Origin: an uncultured Chitinophagales bacterium
Lineage (GTDB): Bacteria > Bacteroidota > Bacteroidia > Chitinophagales > S012-47
NCBI GenBank assembly: GCA_964413685.1
Contig: CAYPSW010000005.1
Span: forward strand, 35,394 to 99,393
Reading direction: 5' to 3'
Length of the DNA stretch: 64,000 nt
Numbering within the stretch: the first letter of the stretch is position 1; every line of letters starts with the position of its first letter. The notes under the pieces are model-generated. The model saw only the letters and a list, made by a program, of their open reading frames with translations, ran no database searches and was not told the DNA's origin. Positions 27,090 to 36,655 of this stretch are shown here, piece by piece. The position numbers were made by a program, and so were the translations under genes.

Positions 27090-28016
27090 TTAAAATTCAA
27101 AGCTTACTCCTGTCAATTGCTCTGACACAGCCCATAACCTTGCTGCATCTTCAAGATTATGAGATCTGGAATTTGACTCAACCAGCACAGGATATCCTTT
27201 CATACCTTTTTCCGGGCCATAATAAGTGCCCCCATTTGCTTCGGGATCAACTGCTGCGCGGATTTGCGGCAAGGCTCCCATAGCCTGACTCTGCATGCTG
27301 GCAGATATCAAAGGTATCAATACTTTAATCCACCAAATCCTTCTCATGTGGGTATCGAGATTTGTTTTTGCCCCCCCTGGATGAGCAGCTAATGTTATGA
27401 TACTGGCATCAATGTCTTGCAATTTTCTTTGTAACTCATAAGTGAAAAGCAAGTTTGCCAGCTTTGAGCGACCATAGGCACGAATCCTCGAATAGCCTTT
27501 GCCATCCTCATACATCAGGTTACTGAAATCCATTTTACCAGCTTTATGTGCTGCACTGCTTGTATTAACAATTCGTGATTCAGGTGTTTTTTTCAAAAGC
27601 CCGAATAAGAGACCTGTTAAAGCAAAATGTCCCAAATGGTTGGTTCCGAATTGTCCTTCAAATCCGTCTTTTGTCTTAAAATAGGGTGGGGTCATAATTC
27701 CTGCATTATTCATCAGGATATCCAGTTTTGAGTAGTTTGCAGTAAATTTATTAGCAAAGTCACGTACTGAAGCTAAATCGGCCAAATCGAGTGGCATAAC
27801 TACGATATTAGCATCGGGTTTATTTTTTAATATTTCTTGTTTGGCTTTTTCCCCTTTTTCTGCCGATCGGCAGGCAAGGATGATTTCGGCATCTTTATTG
27901 GCAAATGCTTTTACCGATTCGTAGCCCAAACCGCTGTTTCCACCGGTTACAATAATTACCTTTCCACTCAGGTCGGGTATGTCAGCAGTGGTCCAATGTT
28001 TGTTTTTCATTTTCAT
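27090..28016 (-). CDS. Short-chain dehydrogenase/reductase (retinol-dehydrogenase-like)
   Basis: TGGNSGLG, NNAG, GTNHLGHF and YGRSK motifs. Confidence 0.93.
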   Translation of the reverse strand: MKMKNKHWTTADIPDLSGKVIIVTGGNSGLGYESVKAFANKDAEIILACRSAEKGEKAKQEILKNKPDANIVVMPLDLADLASVRDFANKFTANYSKLDILMNNAGIMTPPYFKTKDGFEGQFGTNHLGHFALTGLLFGLLKKTPESRIVNTSSAAHKAGKMDFSNLMYEDGKGYSRIRAYGRSKLANLLFTYELQRKLQDIDASIITLAAHPGGAKTNLDTHMRRIWWIKVLIPLISASMQSQAMGALPQIRAAVDPEANGGTYYGPEKGMKGYPVLVESNSRSHNLEDAARLWAVSEQLTGVSFEF

Positions 28017-28199
28017 TTTATATTATTTGTGTACTTATGGCATCCAAGTCCTGGCATACCATTTTGATTTCGCATAGAGTAACGGATTATCCATGGAATG
28101 ATTCCCTTAAATTAAATTGAATGGGAAAATCAGTTCATCTTAAATTATTTGCCATAATTGAATTAAAAGGTACGTAAGGCAAGGATGGATATGATTTAT

Positions 28200-28952
28200 T
28201 TAAGCCTTGCTGTAGCGTTTTTGATTCCCGGTGAATCGGATGATAAATACACCTGTAAAAGCTTCTTTGAAAATTTTCATACTCATCTTCGATTTGCCTT
28301 TAACTCTATCGGTGAAGATGATGGGCACTTCTTTGGTGCTGAAGCCCAGTTTCCAGGCGGCATATTTCATTTCAATCTGGAAGGCATATCCAACGAAACG
28401 AATTTTCGAGAGATCAATGCTTTCAAGTACTTTTCTTGAATAGCAGACAAAACCGGCAGTTGTATCGGTCACAGGCATCCAGGTGATGAACCGCACATAA
28501 AGGCTGGCAAAATAAGAAAGCATCACCCGGCTCATAGGCCAATTTTGCACTTTGCCACCTCGGCAATATCGCGAACCTACCGAGAGGTCGGCTCCGTCTT
28601 CGATACAGGCTTCAAGCAGGCGGGGCAGGTCTTCAGGATTATGTGAGAAATCGGCATCCATCTCGAAGATATAATCATATCCGTTTTTTAATGCCCATTG
28701 GAAACCATGAATATAGGCAGTGCCTAAACCCATTTTACCTGCGCGGCTTTCAAGAAATAGCCGGTCAGCATGATCTTTTTGAATTTGCCTGATGATATCA
28801 GCAGTGCCATCAGGTGAGTTATCATCAACAATCAAAACATGAAACCTGATAGGCAATGTAAATACCTTCGAGAGCATTTCGCGAATATTCTCTTTCTCGT
28901 TATAGGTCGGTATGATGACGATGGATGCGGGCAAAATCTTTTCTTTGTTCAA
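28200..28952 (-). CDS. Polyprenol-monophosphomannose-synthase-like GT2 (start uncertain; may be TTG 28934)
   Basis: IIPTYNE, IVDDNSPDGT, GLGTAY and EMDADFSH motifs. The ORF-track TTG lies inside a TATATTTG -7 motif (28957-28950). Confidence 0.9.
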   Translation of the reverse strand: MNKEKILPASIVIIPTYNEKENIREMLSKVFTLPIRFHVLIVDDNSPDGTADIIRQIQKDHADRLFLESRAGKMGLGTAYIHGFQWALKNGYDYIFEMDADFSHNPEDLPRLLEACIEDGADLSVGSRYCRGGKVQNWPMSRVMLSYFASLYVRFITWMPVTDTTAGFVCYSRKVLESIDLSKIRFVGYAFQIEMKYAAWKLGFSTKEVPIIFTDRVKGKSKMSMKIFKEAFTGVFIIRFTGNQKRYSKA

Positions 28953-29016
28953 ATATATTTATCTTCTTTCAATGAATGACAATTAATTGTAGAAAGCAGC
29001 AAAAAGCCAACTTTTT

Positions 29017-29784
29017 TTAAGCATTGCTTTTCATGGTAAGCTTAATCTCCTTTAGCTTTTGTTTGGTATGAAGCATAAAATCGTTGCGCATGATCCAGGA
29101 ATAATAACTGGGTTCTTCGCGGATGACCTGTTTGACGGGGCGTCCTTTGAATTTTCCAAAATTAAATACAGCTTCACCATTCACATAAACCATTCTTCGG
29201 CCTAAATCAACAAAATCAACATCTTTCGAAATTTCGTGCAAGGAATTGATGTCGCTGGATAAATCTTCATATCGATCAAGTTGTGCTTGCAATACATCAT
29301 AAGTTGCTTTAATGTCGGCCATCGCTGAGTGAGCATTTTCCAAATTTTTATTGCAATAAAATTTATAAGCAGTGCTTAGGTCACGCTTTTCCATAGCCGT
29401 GAAAACCCTGAAAACATCAATCATCTTCCGGTTCTTAATTTCCAGAATTTTTCCAAGCCTGAGAAATTCTTCAACAAGCATTGGAATGTCGAAACGATTT
29501 GAGTTATAACCACCAAAATCGCAATCTTCTATAAACGAAAAAATATCATTGGCTTTATCAGAAAATGTGGGAAAGTCCTTCACCATGTCATCAGTAAATC
29601 CATGTATTTCAGTGCTTTCTGCACTGATTGGAATGCAAGGATTCAATTTATAAATTTGTGATTCCTCATGTTGATCAGGAAATATTTTGATGATAGCCAA
29701 TTCAATAATCCGGTCAGTGGCAACATTAACGCCTGTCGATTCAATGTCAAAGAATGCAATTGGTTTTTGAAGTTTGAGTTTCAT
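29017..29784 (-). CDS. DEDDh 3'-5' exonuclease (DNA polymerase III epsilon-like)
   Basis: FFDIESTG, YNSNRFD and AHSAMAD motifs; C-terminal FNFGKFKG segment. Confidence 0.92.
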   Translation of the reverse strand: MKLKLQKPIAFFDIESTGVNVATDRIIELAIIKIFPDQHEESQIYKLNPCIPISAESTEIHGFTDDMVKDFPTFSDKANDIFSFIEDCDFGGYNSNRFDIPMLVEEFLRLGKILEIKNRKMIDVFRVFTAMEKRDLSTAYKFYCNKNLENAHSAMADIKATYDVLQAQLDRYEDLSSDINSLHEISKDVDFVDLGRRMVYVNGEAVFNFGKFKGRPVKQVIREEPSYYSWIMRNDFMLHTKQKLKEIKLTMKSNA

Positions 29785-29801
29785 TCGCTGGTATTATGAG
29801 T

Positions 29802-31157
29802 TTAGGTGCTCGCAAATTTAGCCAATTCAATCAAATCCAATCCATTGAAATTGCCTGAACTCATCAGAAGCAAAACAGACTGATTGAAATCAAGACTGAA
29901 AAGATATTTTTTTAAAAGTTCACTATCGCTGAATATTTGAAGATCTTCTTTCATAAAGCCTCTGGCAATAGTTGATTCATCCAGTTCCAGTTTTTTTAGG
30001 GCCAATGTATGTGGATTATAGTACACAATTGGAATATCCGATTGATCAAGACTCCCTTTATATTGCGGTATGAAAGTTTTGTTCAGGCTACTATAAGTGT
30101 GCAATTCAAGGCAGGTGATGAGTTTTTTATCAGGAAATGTTTCTTTAACAGCACGTACTGTTGCCTGTACTTTTGATGGGGCATGAGCAAAATCAAAATA
30201 AACTTTTGTATCCTCCGATTCAGCCATCAATTCCAATCTCCTTCCTGCCCCCGAGAAATTTGTTAATGTCTCGAGGATATCCACTTCTATTAAGCCCATC
30301 GCCTTACATAGCCTTAAGACAGCAGAAATATTTTCCACATTATGCCGGCCAAACACATTTAAATTAAAATTTCTTCCCTCTAACTGTATCGATGTTTTGC
30401 CGGAATCAATATTATAAGGCAGGCAATAGTAAGGTAAACATTGAAGGTGCTTACCATAATTTGTTACTAATTCAGGGAGATATGTATCTGCCCCATTATA
30501 AACAAGAACAGCATGGGCAGGCATACTTTCTATAAAAAGCCGAAATTGACGGAGGTAGTTTTCAAACGCTGGATAGACATTATAGTGATCCCATGCTATG
30601 CCGGTAATGATAGCAAAATCGGGTCGGTAGTGCAAAAATTTAGGCATCGGGTCGAGGGCGGATGTTAAATATTCGTCACCTTCAATTACTGCATATTTTG
30701 AATCATCAAGGAGGCTTACCTGCTGCTCAAAACCATCGATACCTGAACCTACAAGCCAATCAAACGAAATATCAAGTGCTTTGAAAGCATGCATAATCAT
30801 ACTTGTGATAGTAGTTTTACCATGACTACCTGCCACCACAATCCTTTGTTTTCTTTTTGTTTGATTGAATACAAATTCAGGGAATGAAAGGACAGGAATA
30901 CCTAACTCAATCGCTCTTAATAATTCCGGATTATTTGCTTTTGCATGCATACCAAGAATTACAAAATCCAGATTTTTATGAATCCTTAAGGAATCCCAGC
31001 CCGTATGCATTGGCAATAAGCCTGCTGAGCTCAATTTGCTGCGTGCAGGGTCAAAAATTTCATCATCAGATCCTGTAATCTCATGACCTCTTTGATGTAA
31101 GGCAAGAGCCAAACTGTGCATGATGCTTCCACCAATAGCAATAAAATGAAGCCGCAT
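29802..31157 (-). CDS. mpl: Mur ligase, murein peptide ligase Mpl-like
   Basis: Start moved to ATG 31157 (MRLHFIAIGGS); GSHGKTT, EGDEY and DFAHAP motifs. Confidence 0.85.
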   Translation of the reverse strand: MRLHFIAIGGSIMHSLALALHQRGHEITGSDDEIFDPARSKLSSAGLLPMHTGWDSLRIHKNLDFVILGMHAKANNPELLRAIELGIPVLSFPEFVFNQTKRKQRIVVAGSHGKTTITSMIMHAFKALDISFDWLVGSGIDGFEQQVSLLDDSKYAVIEGDEYLTSALDPMPKFLHYRPDFAIITGIAWDHYNVYPAFENYLRQFRLFIESMPAHAVLVYNGADTYLPELVTNYGKHLQCLPYYCLPYNIDSGKTSIQLEGRNFNLNVFGRHNVENISAVLRLCKAMGLIEVDILETLTNFSGAGRRLELMAESEDTKVYFDFAHAPSKVQATVRAVKETFPDKKLITCLELHTYSSLNKTFIPQYKGSLDQSDIPIVYYNPHTLALKKLELDESTIARGFMKEDLQIFSDSELLKKYLFSLDFNQSVLLLMSSGNFNGLDLIELAKFAST

Positions 31158-31220
31158 AAAGTTATTGTTTAAAAAAGTAGTAATTTTGATAACCAACATT
31201 AAAAGTAAGCACTAAAAATT

Positions 31221-31370
31221 ATGAACAGCAATCAAATAAAAAAAGTATTGGGAGTAATGGCCCTTATCCTGCTTATGGCCGGAATTTTTTCATCCTGCAA
31301 ATCTCAGGACCAATATGGATGCCCCGGTAAAATCACCAAAGCCCATCAGCAAACTGAGCATAGTATTTAG
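31221..31370 (+). CDS. 49-aa lipoprotein, absent from the ORF track
   Basis: MNSNQIKKVLGVMALILLMAGIFSSCKSQDQYGCPGKITKAHQQTEHSI; basic N-region, hydrophobic core and FSSC lipobox; TAATTTTG -7 motif at 31181-31188. Confidence 0.75.
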   Translation: MNSNQIKKVLGVMALILLMAGIFSSCKSQDQYGCPGKITKAHQQTEHSI

Positions 31371-31568
31371 CTCACGAGTACTACATCCTCTCATCATAGT
31401 ACATTGCCCGCATATTGGGCAGATTTATTTTCTAAACAAAAGAGTTTATTTTTTTCAGTAAAAAACCTTTTACAAAACTCTTGCGTTTTATCATGTATTG
31501 ATGATTACATTTGTTTTGAAGGGATAAAACCACTACTTTTCAATTTGAGGAATCAAAATTAGATTGCA

Positions 31569-32339
31569 TTGAAATATTTAGCACTCATTTTCTTTTTAGC
31601 AATACAACTAACAGCCTTTGGTCAGAGTACTGATAAAATCACCAATGGTGAAATAAATCTGATTTATAATCATGAGGCGAGTGGTGGTATCATGCTCAGC
31701 ACATCGGGTCTTGGCATATTTGCTGATTATGCAAAGGCATTAGACATGAGTAGCAAACGACTATACCGATTTGAAATAGTTGGCCTTAATTACCCAAAAG
31801 AATATAAACAAACCAACGATTACGTGATTGGTCCTCTTGGCTATTCGCCCAAACCCTATGTTTTTGGAAAACAAAATGCTTTATTAGCCTTGCATATTGC
31901 CAGGGGTAAACAAATTTTGTTGGGTGACAAAGCTGAGAAATCGGGCGTTGAAGTCAATCTGGTTTATTTATACGGCATATCCATTGGATTGGTAAAGCCG
32001 TATTATCTTGATTTAATTTATGTGGTGGATGGAATCCGTAATGAAATCAGATCTGAAAAGTACGATGCTACTAATCAGGAACGCTTTATGAACCCTCAAT
32101 ACATTTTTGGCTCATCCGGATTCAGCAAAGGCCTGTTTGAATCAAAAATCTATCCGGGGCTTCATGCCAAGGCAGGTATTAATTTTGATTGGGCTAACTA
32201 TTCAGATTTTGTAAAATCACTTGAAATTGGAATCACCACTGACTTATACTATAAAAGAGTTCCAATCATGGTAACTGAGCAGAATAACGCTCTCTTTGCT
32301 TCCCTCTATTTTAGCCTGCAATTCGGTAAAAAGTGGTAG
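31569..32339 (+). CDS. Uncharacterised secreted protein, probably an outer-membrane beta-barrel
   Basis: TTG start, signal peptide, amphipathic strands, C-terminal LYFSLQFGKKW. Confidence 0.75.
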   Translation: MKYLALIFFLAIQLTAFGQSTDKITNGEINLIYNHEASGGIMLSTSGLGIFADYAKALDMSSKRLYRFEIVGLNYPKEYKQTNDYVIGPLGYSPKPYVFGKQNALLALHIARGKQILLGDKAEKSGVEVNLVYLYGISIGLVKPYYLDLIYVVDGIRNEIRSEKYDATNQERFMNPQYIFGSSGFSKGLFESKIYPGLHAKAGINFDWANYSDFVKSLEIGITTDLYYKRVPIMVTEQNNALFASLYFSLQFGKKW

Positions 32340-32359
32340 CTTCGTGGAAATTTTGTTGA

Positions 32360-33232
32360 ATGCCTGAAGGCAATCCTACTCAAACATCCACTCGCCAAGC
32401 TAAGCCAAAATGGCTTAAGGTTAAACTACCTGTAGGTAGGTCATACCGGTCATTAAAGGAAATTGTCAATCAGCATCAACTGCATACCATTTGCCAGAGT
32501 GGCAATTGTCCAAATATGGGTGAATGCTGGACTGCTGGAACAGCCACCTTTATGATACTCGGTAATATCTGTACTCGTTCTTGTGGGTTTTGTGCTGTGG
32601 CAACCGGCCGACCTTTGCCTGCCGATAATAAAGAACCTCAACGAGTGGCTGAAGCTATTCACTTGATGAAGGTAAAACATGCCGTCATCACTTCAGTTGA
32701 TCGGGATGACCTGCCGGATGGTGGATCGGCTATATGGGCTTCAACTGTAAGGGCTATCAGGGAGATGAATCCCCAAACAAGCCTTGAAACACTTATCCCT
32801 GATTTTAAAGGAAGAAAGGAAGATTTAAACAGAGTGATTGAAGTTCATCCAGAAGTTATTTCGCATAATCTTGAAACAGTAAAACGCTTGAGCAGATTGA
32901 TCAGACCACAAGCAAAATACGAACGAAGTCTTTTAGTTCTTAGCCGGATCAAAGCAGCTGGAATTACTACAAAATCAGGTATTATGCTTGGACTTGGTGA
33001 AGAAAGAGATGAAATTGTACAGACTATGAGTGACCTTTGTAAGGCAGGAGTAGATGTGCTCACAATCGGGCAATATTTGCAACCTTCAAAAATGCATGCT
33101 GAACTTATTCGCTATGTTAGTCCGGAGGAATTTGAAAACTACCGTGTGATTGGATTAGAAATGGGCTTCCGGATTGTTGAAAGTTCTCCTTTGGTGCGTT
33201 CGTCATACCATGCCGAAAGACATGTTTTGTAA
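32360..33232 (+). CDS. lipA: Lipoyl synthase
   Basis: [12 protein letters not shown] and CTRSCGFC cluster motifs; C-terminal VRSSYHA. Confidence 0.98.
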   Translation: MPEGNPTQTSTRQAKPKWLKVKLPVGRSYRSLKEIVNQHQLHTICQSGNCPNMGECWTAGTATFMILGNICTRSCGFCAVATGRPLPADNKEPQRVAEAIHLMKVKHAVITSVDRDDLPDGGSAIWASTVRAIREMNPQTSLETLIPDFKGRKEDLNRVIEVHPEVISHNLETVKRLSRLIRPQAKYERSLLVLSRIKAAGITTKSGIMLGLGEERDEIVQTMSDLCKAGVDVLTIGQYLQPSKMHAELIRYVSPEEFENYRVIGLEMGFRIVESSPLVRSSYHAERHVL

Positions 33233-33327
33233 GCCTTGTGTAAGTTTATTTTCAAGGTTCGGATATTTATAGATTATTTAGTTATTTTGTAGGTTAAAAT
33301 TTAGTGTAGCTTTAAAACAATAAGAAC

Positions 33328-36168
33328 ATGAAAAAATCTTTGACCATCGCTATATCATTATTACTGGTTTTTCTGATTGGGTTAAACATTGTTACTAATG
33401 AAACAGGCCAAAAAACAGGTAAAAAGAACACCTCATTGGCAGCACTTCCCGATGGAATTCAAATTATTGAAAAGACGGAAAATGAAGATGCAGGCGGATA
33501 TGCTGAGTGGCTTTCAAAAATCAGAAGAAATCAGCTTACGGGTACCATCGATATCAATGATGAATTGGCTGCACGAGACCAGGCCTATCAGTTGCTTTCT
33601 CATCAATCGGGACAAAGAGGCAGCCTGAATTTGCAATGGGAATTTATGGGGCCGAATAATGTTGGTGGAAGAACAAGAGCAATACTCATTGATAAAAATA
33701 ATCCGACAACCATGTTCGCAGGTGGTGTAAGTGGGGGCCTCTGGATATCGCATAACAGCGGAAACAGCTGGGATGCTTACTCAGGCGATGATACACTTGC
33801 CGGTTTAGGCATTTGTGCTATGACACAGGCAGCCAATGGTGATATCTATGTTGGAACAGGTGAGCGTTTGATTAATTCCGGAACAACCTTAGCATCCTGG
33901 GGTTTTCTCGGAGAAGGTGTTTGGAAAAGCTCCGATGGAGGAAATACTTTTAACCATTTGGCCGCAACTAAACCCTCTGGCAATCATAATTCAAGCAGCA
34001 TAAACTGGTCAACAGTAAATGTTTTAGCTGCCCATCCTACCAATCCTGATATTATTCTTGCAGGTACTTATCGTGGTGTGTATGAAACGACAGATGGCGG
34101 AGCTACCTGGTCCGTCATGGGCAACGGAGCTATGAAAGTGGCTAATATTCAAGATATAAAAATTGCTTCTGATGGCACTACCTATGTATGTGCCGGTTCA
34201 AGCTACTACAGAGGTAATATTGATGATGCCAACTCATTCGAAAGCCGCATGTCAAAAGGAGGTTTTCCCGCTTCGGGATTAGCACGGATTATGTTTGCTC
34301 CTTCAGCTTCTGATGCTTCCTATGTTTACTGCATTGCTGTAAATGGAGGCGGAGAAACGATCGTATTGCTGCAATCAACAGATGGGGGAATGAACTGGAC
34401 ATCTATTGCACCAACAGGATTACCTTCTCAATTTTTTAATCCTTCCGGTAATCAGGGATGGTATGATTTATACATCGCCTGCAACCCTGCCGATAAAGAA
34501 AGAATTTATGTCTGTGGTCAGCTAAGCATTTATGAATGGACGGCTCAGGATGGCTGGTATCCAATATCAAACTGGTTCTCTTCATCTACCAATGATCCAC
34601 AGCATGTTCATGCCGATCATCATAAAATTGTGTTTCATCCTACCAATAGCAACACGATGTATATTGGTACCGATGGTGGCATTTTCAGAACTCAAAATGC
34701 CAGAGCCAATTACCCTAATCTGCCATCATTTTCTCAGGTAAACAAAGGCTATTCTGTCACACAGTTTTACTCCGTATCAGCCGGCCTCGATGGTTCCATT
34801 CTCGGAGGTGCACAGGACAACGGGACTATTTATCTCGATTATTCAGGCAATTCGATGCAACAAGGTCGAAGTGTAAGTGGTGGAGATGGCGGTTATTCAG
34901 ATGTCTCGAAATCAAATCCCAATGCCTTATTTCTGGCAGCCCAACAAGGTGCTCTGAGACGTTCTTCAAATGGTGGCTCTACAAGCAATTCATATTATGA
35001 TGGTTATATTGATGATCAGGCAGTAACAGCAAATGGTAAAGGTCCGGGATTACCTGATTGCGCAGCACCGTTTGTTACCCCTTTCCAACTTTGGGAAAAC
35101 CTCGATACAAACAGTATTGATTATGGAAAGGGCATTATGTACATCGAAACAAACTGTGGGTTATGGGCAGGAACAGATGCACTAAATTTCGGAGATGATC
35201 CTACCTGGTTTCATATTGCAAAAGGCTCGAACGGTTTGATAGGTACGGTTTCAGCTATTGAAACAACTCCAGATGGCGATATTATTTATGTAGGTACGGA
35301 AACCGGATATGTTTATCGGATTGACGGACTATTAAATATGCCATGGGAATATGACAAAAACGGAACTCCGGATGATATCTCAGACGATATTTTTGATCCT
35401 GATTCAGCAGGTATTCAAGTTACCCGTATTGGCTCTTTTGGCCGGTATGTGACGGAGGTTTCTGCTGATCATGCTGATGCTAATCACGTTGTTATTACAT
35501 TAGGAAACTATGGAAATACCAATTTTGTGTATGAAAGTACTTCTGCTAAAACAGATACTACTTCAACAGGCAATGGGAGTTTTTCATCCATCCAGGGAAG
35601 CGGTGCCAATATGCTACCCAGAATGCCGGTTTACAGTTGTATTATTGACAAATATTCGGGGGCTGTAATTGTCGGTACGGAAATGGGAATTTACGCTACA
35701 TCCAATCATGGAAATTCCTGGGCAGCTGAGTCTGCAGGGATGCCTTTCGCAGCCACATTCATGCTTCGCGAAGAGATGATTGACGTAGTAGATGGATCTT
35801 GCTATGCAATTTATGCAGGCACCCACGGCAGAGGTTTCTATCGGACAGTTTCGCTGACACCATCCTCCTGTAATACTACTGTCGGACTTGGGGATAATCC
35901 AAAACTCAAACTGAATCATTTGGGATTCTATCCAAATCCGGTGAACGATATGGCTTATGTCGATATCACCTTAGACCGGCCTGCCGATGCATCTCTGCAT
36001 TTGTTCGATATGAAAGGACAAGAAGTGCTGACAAAAGCATTGGGTACGCTGCAAAGCGGTTCAAATACAAGCCTTTTTTCTGTAAGCAACCTCGACAATG
36101 GAATGTACATCTTATTAGTACGTTCTGAAAATTATCAAAAGAGTATTAAACTGGTTATCCAGAGATAA
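33328..36168 (+). CDS. T9SS-secreted BNR/Asp-box beta-propeller protein (Vps10/sortilin-like)
   Basis: GPNNVGGRTRAI start; Asp-boxes SHNSGNSW, SSDGGNTF, TTDGGATW, STDGGMNW and TSNHGNSW; GTHGRG; CTD from FYPNPVND to KSIKLVIQR. Confidence 0.9.
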   Translation: MKKSLTIAISLLLVFLIGLNIVTNETGQKTGKKNTSLAALPDGIQIIEKTENEDAGGYAEWLSKIRRNQLTGTIDINDELAARDQAYQLLSHQSGQRGSLNLQWEFMGPNNVGGRTRAILIDKNNPTTMFAGGVSGGLWISHNSGNSWDAYSGDDTLAGLGICAMTQAANGDIYVGTGERLINSGTTLASWGFLGEGVWKSSDGGNTFNHLAATKPSGNHNSSSINWSTVNVLAAHPTNPDIILAGTYRGVYETTDGGATWSVMGNGAMKVANIQDIKIASDGTTYVCAGSSYYRGNIDDANSFESRMSKGGFPASGLARIMFAPSASDASYVYCIAVNGGGETIVLLQSTDGGMNWTSIAPTGLPSQFFNPSGNQGWYDLYIACNPADKERIYVCGQLSIYEWTAQDGWYPISNWFSSSTNDPQHVHADHHKIVFHPTNSNTMYIGTDGGIFRTQNARANYPNLPSFSQVNKGYSVTQFYSVSAGLDGSILGGAQDNGTIYLDYSGNSMQQGRSVSGGDGGYSDVSKSNPNALFLAAQQGALRRSSNGGSTSNSYYDGYIDDQAVTANGKGPGLPDCAAPFVTPFQLWENLDTNSIDYGKGIMYIETNCGLWAGTDALNFGDDPTWFHIAKGSNGLIGTVSAIETTPDGDIIYVGTETGYVYRIDGLLNMPWEYDKNGTPDDISDDIFDPDSAGIQVTRIGSFGRYVTEVSADHADANHVVITLGNYGNTNFVYESTSAKTDTTSTGNGSFSSIQGSGANMLPRMPVYSCIIDKYSGAVIVGTEMGIYATSNHGNSWAAESAGMPFAATFMLREEMIDVVDGSCYAIYAGTHGRGFYRTVSLTPSSCNTTVGLGDNPKLKLNHLGFYPNPVNDMAYVDITLDRPADASLHLFDMKGQEVLTKALGTLQSGSNTSLFSVSNLDNGMYILLVRSENYQKSIKLVIQR

Positions 36169-36189
36169 AAATGTGGCATAATGTTTTAC

Positions 36190-36223
36190 AAAGCTCTTCA
36201 CTTCTGTGAAGGGCTTTTTTTTT
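36190..36223 (+). terminator. Rho-independent terminator
   Basis: AAAGCTCTTCAC-TTCT-GTGAAGGGCTTT followed by a T-tract. Confidence 0.85.
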
Positions 36224-36595
36224 GCTGCACCCATTCGTACAATCAAAACTTGTATCAGCAGTCCTTACGCAGGAATATTACAATATAGATTACGTATAAG
36301 CATCCACAACTTTTCTAATCTGCCTTAATAAATAAGCACCTATGACAGGCAGGCAGTTCATGCCTTTTCAAAAGATAATCATTGCATTACATGTGCATAT
36401 AATAACAAAGTCATTGTTAGCCCTTGTATTTCGGAAGTAAGTGAATGCACACGGGGGCAATGAGTGTTTTCAAATGGCAGAGAGCTACTTCAACAATCCA
36501 GTCAATGACTTAAAATTGCAAACAATGTCTGTACCCTAAATCAATGCGAATAAATTGTTTGAGGGATAGATGCTGGAGATATTCTTACTTAACAT

Positions 36596-36626
36596 AAAAA
36601 AAAGCCCTTCACAGAAGTGAAGGGCT
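36596..36626 (-). terminator. Rho-independent terminator, near-identical to the one at 36192-36222
   Basis: Minus strand AGCCCTTCAC-TTCT-GTGAAGGGCT followed by a T-tract. Confidence 0.85.
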
Positions 36627-36655
36627 CTCTGAATTTCTATTAGTAAAAGGTAGGC

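Noticed and set aside
28030-28095. 19-codon minus-strand ORF MDNPLLYAKSKWYARTWMP upstream of the SDR gene
   Set aside because: Too short to support; it could be a remnant but has no recognisable homology
26957-28199. Genomic island inserted at tRNA-Leu (and likewise at tRNA-Ala)
   Set aside because: No duplicated tRNA 3' end and no integrase seen; each tRNA is followed directly by a terminator
36342-36440. 32-codon ORF between the two T9SS terminators
   Set aside because: No -7 motif or family signal; noted only under the inverted-repeat finding
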